From the NCBI RefSeq assembly GCF_004010195.1, contig NC_057753.1, forward strand, positions 13,627,628 to 13,681,344: a stretch of DNA of 53,717 bases, in the 5' to 3' direction. Below, in pieces: positions 36,231 to 49,839 of the stretch. Under the pieces are notes generated by a model. The model worked only from the letters and a program-made list of their open reading frames with translations, had not been told where the DNA came from and ran no database searches. The first letter of the stretch is position 1, and each line of letters starts with the position of its first letter. Position numbers and translations under genes: made by a program. The DNA comes from Chiloscyllium plagiosum. Its lineage: Eukaryota.

Positions 36231-36662
36231 CATAGAAGAATACAGCGCAGTACAGGCCCTTCGGCCCTCGATGTTGCGCCGATCCAAGCCCACCTAACCT
36301 ACACTAGCCCACTATCCTCCATATGCCTATCCAATGCCCGCTTAAATGCCCATAATGAGGGAGAGTCCACCACTGCTACTGGCAGGGCAGTCCATGAACT
36401 CACGACTCGCTGAGTAAAGAACATACCCGTACCATCTGTCCTATACCTACCCCCCCCCCCTTAATTTAAAGCTATGCCCCCTTGTAAGAGGGGGCATAGC
36501 TGACTCCATACGTGGGAAAAGATTCTCACTGTCGACCCTATCTAAACCCCTAATCATCTTATACACCTCTAACAAGTCACCCCTAAACCTTCTTTTCTCC
36601 AATGAAAACAACCCCAAGTGCCTCAGCCTTTCCTCATACGATCTTTCTACCATACCAGGCAA
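36231..36662 (-). mobile_element. CR1 3' fragment (young)
   Basis: SYEERLRHLGLFSLEKRRFRGDLLEVYKMIRGLDRV. Confidence 0.88.
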
Positions 36663-38059
36663 ATATGTGTTTTCTTTATGATCAACTACTGGTTATAAAT
36701 ATGAAATCACTACTTCATTGTTTCGCTCACTCTCAACAGAGGTACCTGAAGCTGAAGAATACTTTCCATGGAAAACTTTGACAATACAACAATTCGTGAT
36801 TGCAAGGATTCATACTCAGTTGTCAACGAAATACATTAGTATGGCATGGTTTCGTAAGCGCCCTGCATGTTTAAGGCAAGACTTCCACAAATATGTGTTT
36901 TTGTTGCCTCTGTTATAAACATACCAGTATTGTTCACGTCTCTACTAAAACTATTTTGCCGAAATGGATATGATTCCATGGCTATCCAATGAAGCAATGA
37001 AGAAAAGCGTTCTTAAATTTTTTAGGGAGAGTTGTCAGTAAATTGAAGCGATATTTTGTAAGAAAAATGACAATGAGGACACAATGGATAAAAACACAAG
37101 CATCACTATAATATATGCGTTTGTTTCTCATTACATAATTATTATTTGGCTTTAGATTTCCCTTCAAATCAAGCAAATGAAAATGCAAGCATCTGTAATA
37201 CTCATATTTATTTTCGGCCAATTTCTCCACGCAGAACATGTCTATTTCTACCTGAAAATATACAATCCAAGGGCTGAATACGATTTTGGGCAATTGGATA
37301 ATTCCGTACCACTAGAACATATCAAAGGGTGACTGGCATGGCTCATTGAGAACACTCGCACAGTTAGAGGAGTAAAGACGACGAGGAACTATCAAATGTT
37401 AAAAAAAAAGTTAGTCAACTAAAGTAAAACGGAAGATCATTGTTTCTGTTCGTCTCACAAAGATAAAAACCAAGAGGTAATTTGATAGTGATGAATGCAA
37501 TGAATAAGTAAATACGAAGTTATTAGAAACGTTCTTTAAAATGAGAAAAGGAAGAATGAATTGGAGGTCTGATGCAGAAATGAAGGAGCAAGTGGCAGAT
37601 GCTCATAGCTGGTTGAAGAATTGTGGGTAAAACAGAATAAACACAGATCACAAAACGCATAGGTGCAACCATAACCTCGAATGTGTGACCGTCGAGGACA
37701 TGCACGTCAGTTTTGAGAACTCTTCTTTCAGATGCCATACATGGAAATTTAGAAATATCACAGAAATTGTGATACATCGATTGTGCCGCTAGATCTGAAT
37801 AGTGACTTGAACGTTTGGAGACTTTCTGACACAGTTGGGAATGTTCCAAAACATTGTGACAGACGAGTTTCCAATCACTGAATGTACTTTTAAAATAAAA
37901 ATGTAAATAAACAGGCCTGATTGAGCGACACGAGGAAAAATACTTAGAAATAACACTATATTTCGGAATAGGAAAATGTGTAATTTTTTTTAAAACCCAA
38001 GGTCACTGATGTTCAGTCAGAATGACAAATACTCTCAAATCGTTCAGATCAGTTTAACC

Positions 38060-38433
38060 ACAAGGGATGAACTCAGATTTCTCCAGTTTCCTCATTTCCC
38101 CTCCCCCCACCTTGTCTCAGTCCCAACCCTCGAACTCAGCACCGCCTTCCTAACCTGCAATCTTCTTCCTGACCTTTCCGCCCGCACCCCCACTCCAGTC
38201 TATCACCCTCATCTTGACCTCCTTCCACCTATCGCATTTCCAACGCCCCTCCCCCAAGTCCCTCCTCCCTACCTTTTATCTTAGCCTGCTGGACATACTT
38301 TCCTCATTCCTGAAAAAGGGCTCATGCCCGAAACGTCGATTCCCCTGCTCCTTGGATGCTGCCTGACCAGCTGCGCTTTTCCAGCAACACATGTTCAGCT
38401 CTGATCTCCAGCATCTGCAGTCCTCACTTTCTC
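38060..38433 (+). mobile_element. Penelope-like terminal repeat with hammerhead motif (38310-38337)
   Basis: Reverse complement of 1418-1760. Motif ctgaaaaagggctcatgcccgaaacgtc, with core G8 changed to A. Confidence 0.85.
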
Positions 38434-39432
38434 AAGGTCAATTTAATGTTCGCTGCCAATAGAAATAAAGGTTACATTTCAAACGACCACTCAAGAATGA
38501 TTTTATTCCTACGCCAGTGTTTATCACTGTTGAACGGTTCTGACTGTGTTAGAATTGAGTTGGAACATACTCACGTGTATAACAGTTTATGCTGTGTCTT
38601 CTTCTTTGAACGTTTTGTTTTCCTCTTCCGTCAAACCATGGCTGATTCCTGCTACAATATTACTTCCTGTGATTGTGGCATAAATGATCTTAGTCCTGCT
38701 TATATGCACATTGTTGGGTTAATCAGAGGGCTCGAATCACTCTTATTTCAACAATACATCAAAGGAAGAAACCAATGTGTTCTGACTCGTATGCCTGGGC
38801 TCTCTAATGGAGCTGTCAGTTATTTGCACACCGCTCTTTCCTTCAGACCTAGCAAAAACGATAACGAGAAAAAAACAAAATTCAAAAACTAGTAATGGAA
38901 AGGAAGACAGCGAAAAATGAATGAACGAATGAATGAATGAATGAAGAAAAGAAGGAAGGAAGCATGGAAGGACAGCCCAATTATGTACTTTTAAGTCGGT
39001 TGTGTAATTTCCAATCGTATTTTCAGAACAATAACAGCGAATGTGCAAATTTGCAGTGACACGAAGGTTGGTGGAGTTGTGGATAGTGCTGACGGGTGTT
39101 GTAGATTACACATAAGCTGCAGAGCTGGGCGGAGAGGTGACAAATGGAGTTCAATGCAGAAAAGTGTGAGGTATTTGCAGTGACACGAAGGTTGGTGGAG
39201 TTGTGGATAGTGCTACGGGTGTTGTAGATTACACAGGGATATAGATAAGCTGCAGAGCTGGGCGGAGAGGTGACAAATGGAGTTCAATGCAGAAAAGTGT
39301 GAGGTGATGCACCTTTGAAGGAGCAACAGGAATAAAGAGTACTGGGATAATGGTAAGGTTTTTGCTAGTGTAGGTGAGCACAAAGATCTCAGTGTCCATG
39401 TACGGAGATCCCTGAAAGTTGCCATCCAGGTT

Positions 39433-42067
39433 AGACAATAGACAATAGGTGCAGGAGTAGGAAACATGTTTCCTGCCTCCAGAGTGACCAATCCTTTAAT
39501 AATCTTATATGTCTCAATCAGATCCCCTCTCAGTCTTCTAAACTCAAGGGTATACAAGCCCAGTCGCTCCAGTCTTTCAGTGTAAGGTAGTCACGCCATT
39601 CCAGGAATTGACCTCGTGAATCTACGCTGCACTCCCTCAATAGCCAGAATTGTCATTCCTCAAATTCGGGGACCAGAACTGCACACAATACTCCAGGTGT
39701 GATCTCACCAGGGCCCTGTATAGCTGCAGACGAACCTCTTTGCTTCTATACTCAATCCCTCTTGTTATGAAGGCCAGCATGCTATTAGCCTTCTTCACTA
39801 CCTGCTGTACCTGCATGCTTGCCTTCATTGACTGGTGTACAAGAACACCCAGATCTCTTTGTACTGCCTCACCTAAATTGATTCCATTGAGGTAGTAATC
39901 TGCCTTCCTGTTCTTGCCACCAAAGTAGATAACCATACATTTATCCACATTAAACTGCATCTGCCATGCATCTGACCACTCACCAAACTGTCCAGGTCAC
40001 ACTGTAATCTCCTAACATCATCCTCACATTTCACACTGCCAGCCAGCTTAGTATCATCAGCAAATTTGCTAATGTTATTACTAATACCACCTTCAATATC
40101 ATTAACATATATTGTAAAAAACTGCGGTCCCAGCANNNNNNNNNNNNNNNNNNNNNNNNNNNNNNNNNNNNNNNNNNNNNNNNNNNNNNNNNNNNNNNNN
40201 NNNNNNNNNNNNNNNNNNNNNNNNNNNNNNNNNNNNNNNNNNNNNNNNNNNNNNNNNNNNNNNNNNNNNNNNNNNNNNNNNNNNNNNNNNNNNNNNNNNN
40301 NNNNNNNNNNNNNNNNNNNNNNNNNNNNNNNNNNNNNNNNNNNNNNNNNNNNNNNNNNNNNNNNNNNNNNNNNNNNNNNNNNNNNNNNNNNNNNNNNNNN
40401 NNNNNNNNNNNNNNNNNNNNNNNNNNNNNNNNNNNNNNNNNNNNNNNNNNNNNNNNNNNNNNNNNNNNNNNNNNNNNNNNNNNNNNNNNNNNNNNNNNNN
40501 NNNNNNNNNNNNNNNNNNNNNNNNNNNNNNNNNNNNNNNNNNNNNNNNNNNNNNNNNNNNNNNNNNNNNNNNNNNNNNNNNNNNNNNNNNNNNNNNNNNN
40601 NNNNNNNNNNNNNNNNNNNNNNNNNNNNNNNNNNNNNNNNNNNNNNNNNNNNNNNNNNNNNNNNNNNNNNNNNNNNNNNNNNNNNNNNNNNNNNNNNNNN
40701 NNNNNNNNNNNNNNNNNNNNNNNNNNNNNNNNNNNNNNNNNNNNNNNNNNNNNNNNNNNNNNNNNNNNNNNNNNNNNNNNNNNNNNNNNNNNNNNNNNNN
40801 NNNNNNNNNNNNNNNNNNNNNNNNNNNNNNNNNNNNNNNNNNNNNNNNNNNNNNNNNNNNNNNNNNNNNNNNNNNNNNNNNNNNNNNNNNNNNNNNNNNN
40901 NNNNNNNNNNNNNNNNNNNNNNNNNNNNNNNNNNNNNNNNNNNNNNNNNNNNNNNNNNNNNNNNNNNNNNNNNNNNNNNNNNNNNNNNNNNNNNNNNNNN
41001 NNNNNNNNNNNNNNNNNNNNNNNNNNTTTATATGTTTCTTAACTTCCCTTGTCAGCCACGGCCACCCATGCCTCCTCCTAGGATCTTTCTTCCTTTTTGG
41101 AATGAACTGATCCTGCATCTTCTGCATTATACACATAAATATCTGCCATTGTTCCTCCACTGCCATCCCTGCTAAGGTATTGCACCATTGAACTTTGGCC
41201 AGCTCCTCCCTCATCGCTCCATAGTTCCCTTTATTCAACAGAAATATTGTCACTTCTGATTATACCCTCTCCCTCTCAAATTGCAGATTGAAGCTTATTG
41301 TATTATGGTCACTACTTCCCAATGGCTCCTTCACTTCGAGATCCCTGATCAATTCTGGTTCGTTACACAATACCAGATCCAAAATTGCCTTCTCCCTGGT
41401 AGGTTCTAGCACCAGCTGTTCTAAGAATCCATCTCGGAGACACTCCACAAACTCTCTTTCTTGAGGTTCAATACCATCCTGATTCTCCCAGTCTACCTGC
41501 ATGTTGAAATCCCCCATAACAACTGCAATAACATCTTTGCGACAGGCCAATTTCAGCTCTTGATTCAACTTACATCCGACATCCAGACTACTGTTTGGGT
41601 CCTGTAGATAACTCCCAAGGGGGTCTTTTTACCCTTAGAATTTCTCAGCTCTATCCATACTGACTCTACATCCCCTGATTCTAGGTCCCCCCGCGCAAGG
41701 GACTGAATATCATCCCTTACCAACATGTCCACCCCACCTCCTCTGCCCGTCAGTCTGTCCTTACGATAGCCCGTGTAGCCTTGAATATTCATTTCCCAAG
41801 CCCTGTCCACTTGAAGCCACGTCTCAGTTATCCCCACAATATCGTATCTGCCAATTTCCAAAAGAGTCTCAAGCTCATCCATCTTATTTCTCATGCTTCG
41901 AGCATTCATATATAGTATTTTTAATTTGTTACTGCTCTCACCTTCCCATCAACTCCTATTTCACTCAACCTTACAGCATGATCCCTTTTTGAATTTTCAG
42001 CTTCATTGATACAGTTGTCTTTCTTGACTTCCCTTGTGCTAACTTTCCCTTCAATTTCCTTCTTAAA
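39433..42067 (-). mobile_element. CR1 LINE ORF2 (APE endonuclease to RT), spanning a gap
   Basis: NARSMRNKMDEL...DIVGITETWL, VMGDFN...LDLVLCN...GSSDH, LVRSHLEYCVQFWSP; (agacaat)n tail at 39433. Confidence 0.92.
40136..41027. other. Assembly gap
   Basis: Run of N. Confidence 1.
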
Positions 42068-43029
42068 CATCCAGTTTGATAGGGTTGTTAAGAAGGCGTA
42101 TGGGATATTAGCTTCTATTGGTGCAGGGATTAAATTTCTGAGCCATGAGGTCATGCTGCAGCTGTACGAAATTTTGGTGCTGCAGCACTTGGTGTATTGC
42201 GTACAGTTCTGGTCAACAGTATGTTCGGTAGGATGTGGAAGCTTTTCAGAAGAGATTTACTAGGATGTTGCCTGGTATGGAGGAAAGTCTTATGAGGAAA
42301 GGCTGGGAGCTTGAGGCTGTTTGCATTCGAGAGAAGAAGGTGAGAGGTGACTTAATTGAGACATAAAAGATAATCAGAGGGTTAGACCGGGTGGTCAGTG
42401 ATAGCCTTTTTCCCTCGATGGTGATGGCTAGCACGAGGGAACATAGCTTTAAATTGAGGGCTGACAGATATAGGACAGATGTTAGAGGTAGTTTCTTTAT
42501 TCAGAGGGTAATAGGGGCGTGGAATGCACTGCCTGCAACAGTAGTAGACTCGTCAAATTTAAAGGCATTTAAATGGCCATTGAATAAACATAGAGAAGAA
42601 AATGGAATCGTGTAGGATAGACGGGCTTCAGATTGGTTCCACAGGTCGGCACAACATTGAGGGCCGAATGGCCTGTTCTATTTTCGGTATTCGAGAGTAA
42701 GATTCAAAACAAAAGAGATTGAGAAGAGTAAGAAGCAAGCAGCCTCAGTTTTTAATTAGATGAGGGATAACGGTTGACAATGATTGTAGAGGGAAATCTC
42801 TTTTCATTTTGAAGTACAATGATGGAATATTGCACATGCTTTTTGAGTCAATGGACACAAGCCCTGAGTAAACATCTGGCCACAGGGAACAATTTGCCTT
42901 GGAGAATGACTCTTTCGGTTATCCTGCGGACATGAAAAGACTGGTTTCTGATTCTGGGAGAGAGTGCTACACATCTAACTGCACTCACTAAAGGGGAATA
43001 CTGGCAAGATGTGATGCTGCTTTTCCTTT

Positions 43030-43931
43030 CTACTGTTTTGTGCTGGCAGTGAACATTCGCAGGGGACACATCAGGATTTTCTTGAGTTCTTCCCGGAACA
43101 TGCTCTGTGATACCACGTAGATGACAATGTTGTTGCAGGAGCTGAGTAATGTAAGCATGTTTGTTGTCTCTTGAAGAATGTACTTGGGATCATTGAAGTT
43201 CCGTTTGCCAACGTACTCTTCACCGGTAACCATTCTGTGGAGAAACCGCACGATGTAAGTGACCCACAAGAGGAGGAAACTAAGAGAGATGGCAAAGAGG
43301 AGGACAATGGATTTCTTGCGGTTTGCCATCTCTGAGTCCTCATCGTTTCTGGCCCTACGGAGTCTCTTCCGGGCTCTGCTGGCCGCTAAGATGTGTCTTA
43401 CAGTCAGAGCGTTGAGCAGCAGAATGAGGAGGAAGGGGAGAAAGGGGATTAAGATATGGTTTAAATATCGGTAGACCTGCCAAATGGGTGAATTGTGGAA
43501 GATCGTTTTGATATCACAGAACCAGGGCACTGTATCCAGTATGTACATGGGCTTGTAGATGAAGTATAAAGGGACGTTCTTGATACAGAGCAGGACACAG
43601 ATCAGCCCTATGACTAGTGACGCAGTTTTCTCAGTGCAGTATCTGGTCTTCAGACTCTGGCAGCAGATGGCAACAAAACGGTCGAAGGTGAACGCTACTG
43701 TCAGCCAGACGGAACAATCCCGCGTGGCGTAGACCAGCACAGCACTGAGGCTGCAGCCAGGGGTGGTGGACAACACGCTGTAGCTAAAATAGATGCGGCC
43801 AATCCTGTTGAGGATACACCCAGTGATGATAACTAAGAAATCAGCAACTGCTATCGCCAGTAGGTAGTAGGTGATGCATCGGGAGAGACCACAGCGTCCT
43901 TGGGATAAGATAATAATCGCTAACATGTTTG
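43030..43931 (-). CDS. GPR139/GPR142-like class A GPCR, copy 2, exon 2 (spliced protein 323 aa)
   Basis: Acceptor (ct)n ttatcttccatag|CA AAC. Motifs YLLAIAVAD, CSVWLTVAFTFDRFVAIC, FLPFLLILLLN, FLLLW, SCNNIVIY. Clear paralog of 30006-30901. Confidence 0.92.
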
Positions 43932-45285
43932 CTATGGAAGATAAAGAGAGAGAGAGAGAGATAATACTAAACAAACTCCAAACACCAACTGCATATAGAC
44001 TGGCACTGGAAGCGTCCAAATGCATCGACTTTCCACCCTCAGAAACAGACCCAAATTCAGAGCATTTCAAAATAATTGTTAATTGCTCGATATCCATTGC
44101 TGGATTAAACTTTGGTAATGCAGGAGTCACTGTAATCTTCTCCGTTACAGGATCTACTCTCTGACCACTGAGACAACACCTAAAGCTAAGTATCCAATTG
44201 AATCTCATTCTATATATATGGTGCCCATAGCTTTAAATATTCCATGCCCAATTCATCCAAAATCCTTCACTCGCTGACCTACATTGCCTTTCTATCTGAC
44301 AAAGCCTGGTTTTAATTATCTTCACAACTGAGTTTCAAATTCTTCCACAGTCACGCCGCTTCCCGTATACTTCGGCAAAGATTTAATATCACATTATCCC
44401 TCCAATGCTGTTCACTTGCACATCCCTGGGATTAAAGAATCTCATTAGAGTTGTAAACGTGTTTAACGTTGAGGCTGTAAGTGTTTAAATTCCGTTCTCC
44501 AATGACTGACTCTCTCCTCCCTTCTGTCGGTCTTCGCCCTTAATGTAACCGTTTATCCAAGCTTTAAGTTGTCCCTTCTAATCTTGCTTTGTGTGTTTCT
44601 CTATCACGTTTATTTGTTGCACCACCTCTGATGCATCCCCATTTTATCTACTGCACTGATTAGAGAAACAACTGTAAAGCGAACTTTCCAGTGAAAGCAA
44701 AACGTCATCAATCCATGTGATCTTTACCAGCAAAGTACATGTCTACAATGGATGCGAAAATGGAACTACTCAAAATAACAGCCAAATTTCAAAATCTACC
44801 AGGGCAAGTCAAAATGTGAAATAATTTAAAGTCTTTCAACAGCAAACATTTCTTGCAACCTTTTTCACTAATTCTTAAGATGATATTAATAACGTCAAAT
44901 ATTCATGACATTTAATACTACTATTGCACATCAATTAGGTACGTTGGAGTGTATCTTAATGCATTATAAGAAAATATTAATAAAAATAATAGTCACAGAA
45001 ATAACAATTTGTTACCACATGCATCAGGAATCTAACAAGTAATGACTTTATAAAATTGTTCCACAATATAATGAATAATATTTTATGCTCCACAGTGCAA
45101 GTTCAAGTAATGCACTCATTTAACAGAATACTACGTAATATATTGTGATTTTATATGGGGACGTGGTTGAATTCCGTTATACAGACAAAACATTGGATAT
45201 TTCTGATATTTAGCCAGATCCTGAAGGCAAAGTGCAAATGTTTATGAAGAATAAAAACATAACTAAGTTGGAATAGATTACTTAC

Positions 45286-45355
45286 CGGGTGCACCAATGA
45301 GAGCAAGAAGTGGATAGAAAATTGCAAACAACAGCCCATTTGCTGGTCCATGCAT
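45286..45355 (-). CDS. GPCR copy 2, exon 1 (MHGPANGLLFAIFYPLLALIGAP)
   Basis: aagATG...CCC G|gtaagt; 70 bp, phase 1, in frame with exon 2. Confidence 0.9.
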
Positions 45356-45426
45356 CTTTTCAGTGATTGAAAGGATTACCGTATTTCCACACTTCGGCTC
45401 TGAGACAGGTTCGAGGTATCCCTCAT

Positions 45427-45490
45427 TTATTCTAACTAAGAGTCTCCAGAGGGGTAATTAAAACAGAATATGCACTACAAGTGCAGTTCT
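45427..45490 (-). promoter_or_regulatory. Conserved upstream block of GPCR copy 2
   Basis: tttattctaactaagagtctccagaggggtaattaa...tgcagttc, shared with copies 1 and 3. Confidence 0.7.
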
Positions 45491-47389
45491 TTCAAGAGAA
45501 ACAAAATCTCTTATCTTCCATGTATAACATTGCTCGGGCGGATCTTTGTAAAATGCAAAACATATACAAAGGCAATCTCTTGCCTGCAAAGTCTGCATTT
45601 CACCCTCATCATATGTGGAGTTCTTGAACTGATGCGGTGTGAAGACCCCGTCTTGAACCTAAAACCACCACTCATTATTTATGTACTTTGTAAGTGTCTT
45701 GAGATTATCTCATCTATTTAGTTCACACATTTAAGTTTTAGTGATTTTTGATTTTAACAGAATGAGTTAATGCATTCACGGTGAACTGTTAGAAAATCTG
45801 TTTTAACCTAGTAGGGAAGGCATCTGAGGAGGACACAATAGTGAGCCATGGAGAAAATGCAGAACATTCATTTGTTCTGCTAAATCACAAAATCAAGAAG
45901 GGCCACTAAATATTGGAGGTTCTTCCAGAATTCCTGACGCATTGATTGTTGTTAATGGCCTGGTGTAATATAAACAGGGACAACATCAGGTAACATGGTA
46001 ACTGATACATGACTTTAAGTTACTGTATCAGAATCTTGTAGTGAACTGGTGGTGTCCTTACCACAAGAGTCGTTGTGCTGAAAATATATTGAGTTCCAAA
46101 AGCAAACACACTACTAAGGGACACTTGTGCAATGGAACTTGGAATTATATGTTATCCGGTATAACAATAACTAAGTCAACGTTGAATATAATGGGAGAAA
46201 AAAAAACCGACAGATACGATATAATAGAGATGTGATCTCGTCTAATAATAAGCAAGACAGAGTCTTGTGCAATATAAACTGACACAAAAATGTATTTCGG
46301 AATAGACATGTAGTCTAATAACAATACAGAAATGACACAAAGCAGTGACGACTGAGGCAAGGCCTCCAGCAATGTATGTTTAAATCTTTATCAATGAATG
46401 TTTCAGTCACTCTCTGTTTATTTACAAATGGATATTGAATAATTAACCAGTCTCTACTGAAAAGTCCTGACTTGAACAATCTGTCCTTGAATGTTGAGAA
46501 CCGATATTTTTCAGCGTTTTGATATGAACCTAGAGGGCAACCTGGATAAAGTTTATGCTGGTAATAATTCTGACACATTCACAGCACAAGTAGTGGTGGA
46601 ATGTATAGTGTGACTGAGCATGGATCTGTCAACAGTGTGTTCTATTCCTACTTGGCTTGGTTGCACTTTATTTCCAAACGTTGTCCTGTCACTTCACCCA
46701 CTGAGCGAAGTGACCTGACCATAGCTAGATATGGAGTCATAAAGATTTACGGCGCAGAAAGCAACTTTCAATCCAGAAGGTCTGCGCTGCACAAAAGTAA
46801 GGGCCTAATTATGCTACTCCCATTCTCCAGCACTTAGCCCATAGTCTCGCATGAGTTAATATAGATTGGAATACTTCTTAAATGTTATGAGGGTTTGTCT
46901 TTGCAAGCCTTACATGCCGTGAGGTCCAGAACACTAAGACAGTTACAGTCCTAGACGTCTTAGGATTTTAGACGAGTGAGCATTTAGGAACAATCTTCAG
47001 AGGAATAACAAAACTCTGGATACTGTCATCGATTCCAGAAAAGAATACCACCGTGACCCTCAGGGAAAAAAAAATATCCGAGACTATAGGGCCACGAGGG
47101 AAAGTGGATCGAGAAACCGAAGAGTCCCATACTTTCTGGTCTACATGACAGTCAAAGCTGCCGGGTATAGACGAAGAAGACATTATGATTGCATGGCTTT
47201 GAGTCAGTGAGCTTTGGGATAGCAGCTAAATGCACTGAACAATTGTACCACAGAGACTGACAGAAAAGCAAGCATGGAAAAAAACCTATTGTAGCAATTA
47301 GATTTAGATTGCTGTTCTCTGCATCACAATTGTCCACTCTCATTTCTAGTTTCACATCCTTATTCAGGTTAGTTATGCATCTTTAGAAT

Positions 47390-47735
47390 AAGATCATAAA
47401 ATCTAGGAGCAGAAGAGAATTGAGTGTGATCTTATGATCCTCAACTTCATTTTTCTGCCTTCTCCGGTAACCCTTGATTTCTTTGTTGATTAAAAATCTG
47501 TCTACCACAATCTTGAAAATGTTTAAACAAACCAGCCTAGCCAGCCCAATGCTGTAAAGAATTCCATAGGTTCACTAATTTCTAAGAGAAGAAATTTCTT
47601 TTCAGCTTTGACTTAATTGTGCAACCCTTATTCCCAGATTAAGCACACTGTTCCAACATTGTGTCTGAAGGGGTAGAAAGCTTTCTGCCTCAACCATGTC
47701 AAGTTCACGAAGAATCTTGTCTGTTTCAATAAGAA
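47390..47735 (-). mobile_element. Degraded CR1 3' tail
   Basis: cataaaatctaggagcagaag...aagaattccataggttcac...gagaagaaatttc. Confidence 0.6.
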
Positions 47736-49839
47736 GTGAGTTTTCTGTAACTCTGCGGCCCAGCGGTCTAAGATGTTGGATAATGATGCTCCCTCCAATT
47801 TGCTTCTGGCCTCATATGATGTGAAACCCCCTCACTGACTCTGACATAGCTGCTCCGGTTTTGCTAATTTCTCCTTAAGAGACATACTGCCAATTTACAA
47901 TTTTGTGCAAGAACATTAAATCCTCATTTCCTGACAGGGAAATGAATGCGAATATGATAACCGTGAAATAACCAGGGAAGATATTGCCTTCCCATACATC
48001 TTTTCTAAATGACACGATTTTTGACTTTTGTTTTCATTTTCGAGCATTTCCATGAATGATAAGCATTTGATGTTTCAGCAAAATGATCATTCCATAGAAT
48101 CTTTACAGCTCAGGAAGAAACATCTTCGCCCATCATGCCAATACCTGTCATCTGTTCTGATCAAGTTTGCCAGCACTTAATCAACAGCCTCTCTGTCACG
48201 GCGGTTCTAGTGCACATCTAATTGACGTTTTAATTATACACTAGACACCGAATGAGACTGAAGTTTGAGATGTTAAAGCTGTGTTCACGCGCCCTTGGGT
48301 AACTGAACCTCACTTTCAACCAAAGAGGGAAACATGCAGACTCACCTAGGAGAATTAAAGAGGCCTCACGTGATTAAAGCTGAAAATAAAACACACAATG
48401 ATTTGGCTTATTTCTCTCCCATTTTAGACTTCAAAACCAGACCCTGATAATTGTGATAAAAGAAGGAACCATTCGGCCACTCCCCTGCACTTGTTATGAC
48501 CCCATTCTTCTCCCCTCACTCTACATTTTATACTGCCTCGGTTAATTCAAATCTAGAGCGTTGCTCACGTCTGTTGTTTCTTCTCTTAATGAAGTTCCTG
48601 GAAGGACAAACAGGAATGTACAATACTAAACTCTAACAGGCCAGACTCAACGTGCAACAGATGCGGTATCATAATAATATTGTTTCACAAGAAATTTGAA
48701 ATGCTCATTTTCCTATCGAAAGCAGTCTGGAATTCAGGGAATGTCCCAGTAAAATTCAACTAACCGCAAGTGGTTTACAAGATCAGGTGTCTACCCATTG
48801 AGCTATGAAATCTAAGAAGTGTACACGTTTCGAATATGGGCAAATGTATAGTCGAGGATAACATAATCAGATGCAAATATTGCATACTCTCAGACATGGT
48901 TGAGAAAACGGTAGCATGCAAGATAAACTGCAATATAATAGATGACTTAATATTACGTGTAATTAAAACCAAAGTGGCAAAAGTGGTACAAGTGAAATAG
49001 CAGCCAAAGCGGCGATATTCAGAAGGACTGGCGAATGCAATTATGAATCAGAGAGGTTGCAGCAGGATAGAATCAGAGACCTGATTAATTGCGACTCAAC
49101 TTCATATCATCCAGTATATTAGAATCTAAAGCATAAACATAACGTTTTCCTGGCTCAGTCCGTTGTCCATCACTGTGAGCCTGAGAACTCAATAACTCAC
49201 TGGGGATTCCGTCATTTTTAGTCCTAAGAAAGTGATGAATTTATTCTGAACAAGGCCCCACGACGCAAAACATTAAATCTTTGTTTGCTCTACACATGCT
49301 GCCAAACTTGTCAGCTCCTCTAGCAATTTCTATGCTTGCTTTGAATGAATTTACTGCCTGGAAATCGACAGACAAACAGGATCAAGGAAGTCTGATTTAT
49401 AATCAGACCTTCTCACGTGCTTTCACAGAATAAACTATGGACCAGATTGAATAATTGTCTCTCGGGTGATGTCATGGGAACACAACCCTTTTCCTTACAT
49501 CTGTAGACAACGGCAGACTACAGAATGTCGATGACCCAATTCAGTAAGGAAATGAAGCGACAGAGGGTTATTTGAAATTCAGATTCAAACCACTTTCGGG
49601 AATTGAAAGAAAAAAATCTGGAATGACTTTAGTCCATGATTACCCATCAGAAATCTTCCACACAGAACCCCGACTGCAAACAGCAGCAGTGTCCTGTCCG
49701 TTCTGTAAAAGGAAGGTGGATATTTGAAGACAGTACTTCCACTCTCGACACTCAATCATCCTAAATTGAAGTAATACATATTCTCTTGTGATCATAATAA
49801 TAATATGTATTACTTAAATTTAGGATGTTTATTTATGCC

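Larger units (their letters stand above)
39045..42680 (+). mobile_element. CR1 3' fragment (39045-39432 and 42068-42680) split by a nested opposite-strand CR1
   Basis: Sequence continues across the insertion. catccaggtt (39423-39432) and catccagttt (42068-42077) look like a TSD. Tandem duplication at 39049-39173 / 39174-39304. Confidence 0.8.

Noticed and set aside
43932-44208. Long N-terminal extension of the 392-aa GPCR ORF
   Set aside because: It reads through a (CT)n polypyrimidine tract and acceptor. A proper paralogous exon 1 exists at 45286-45355.
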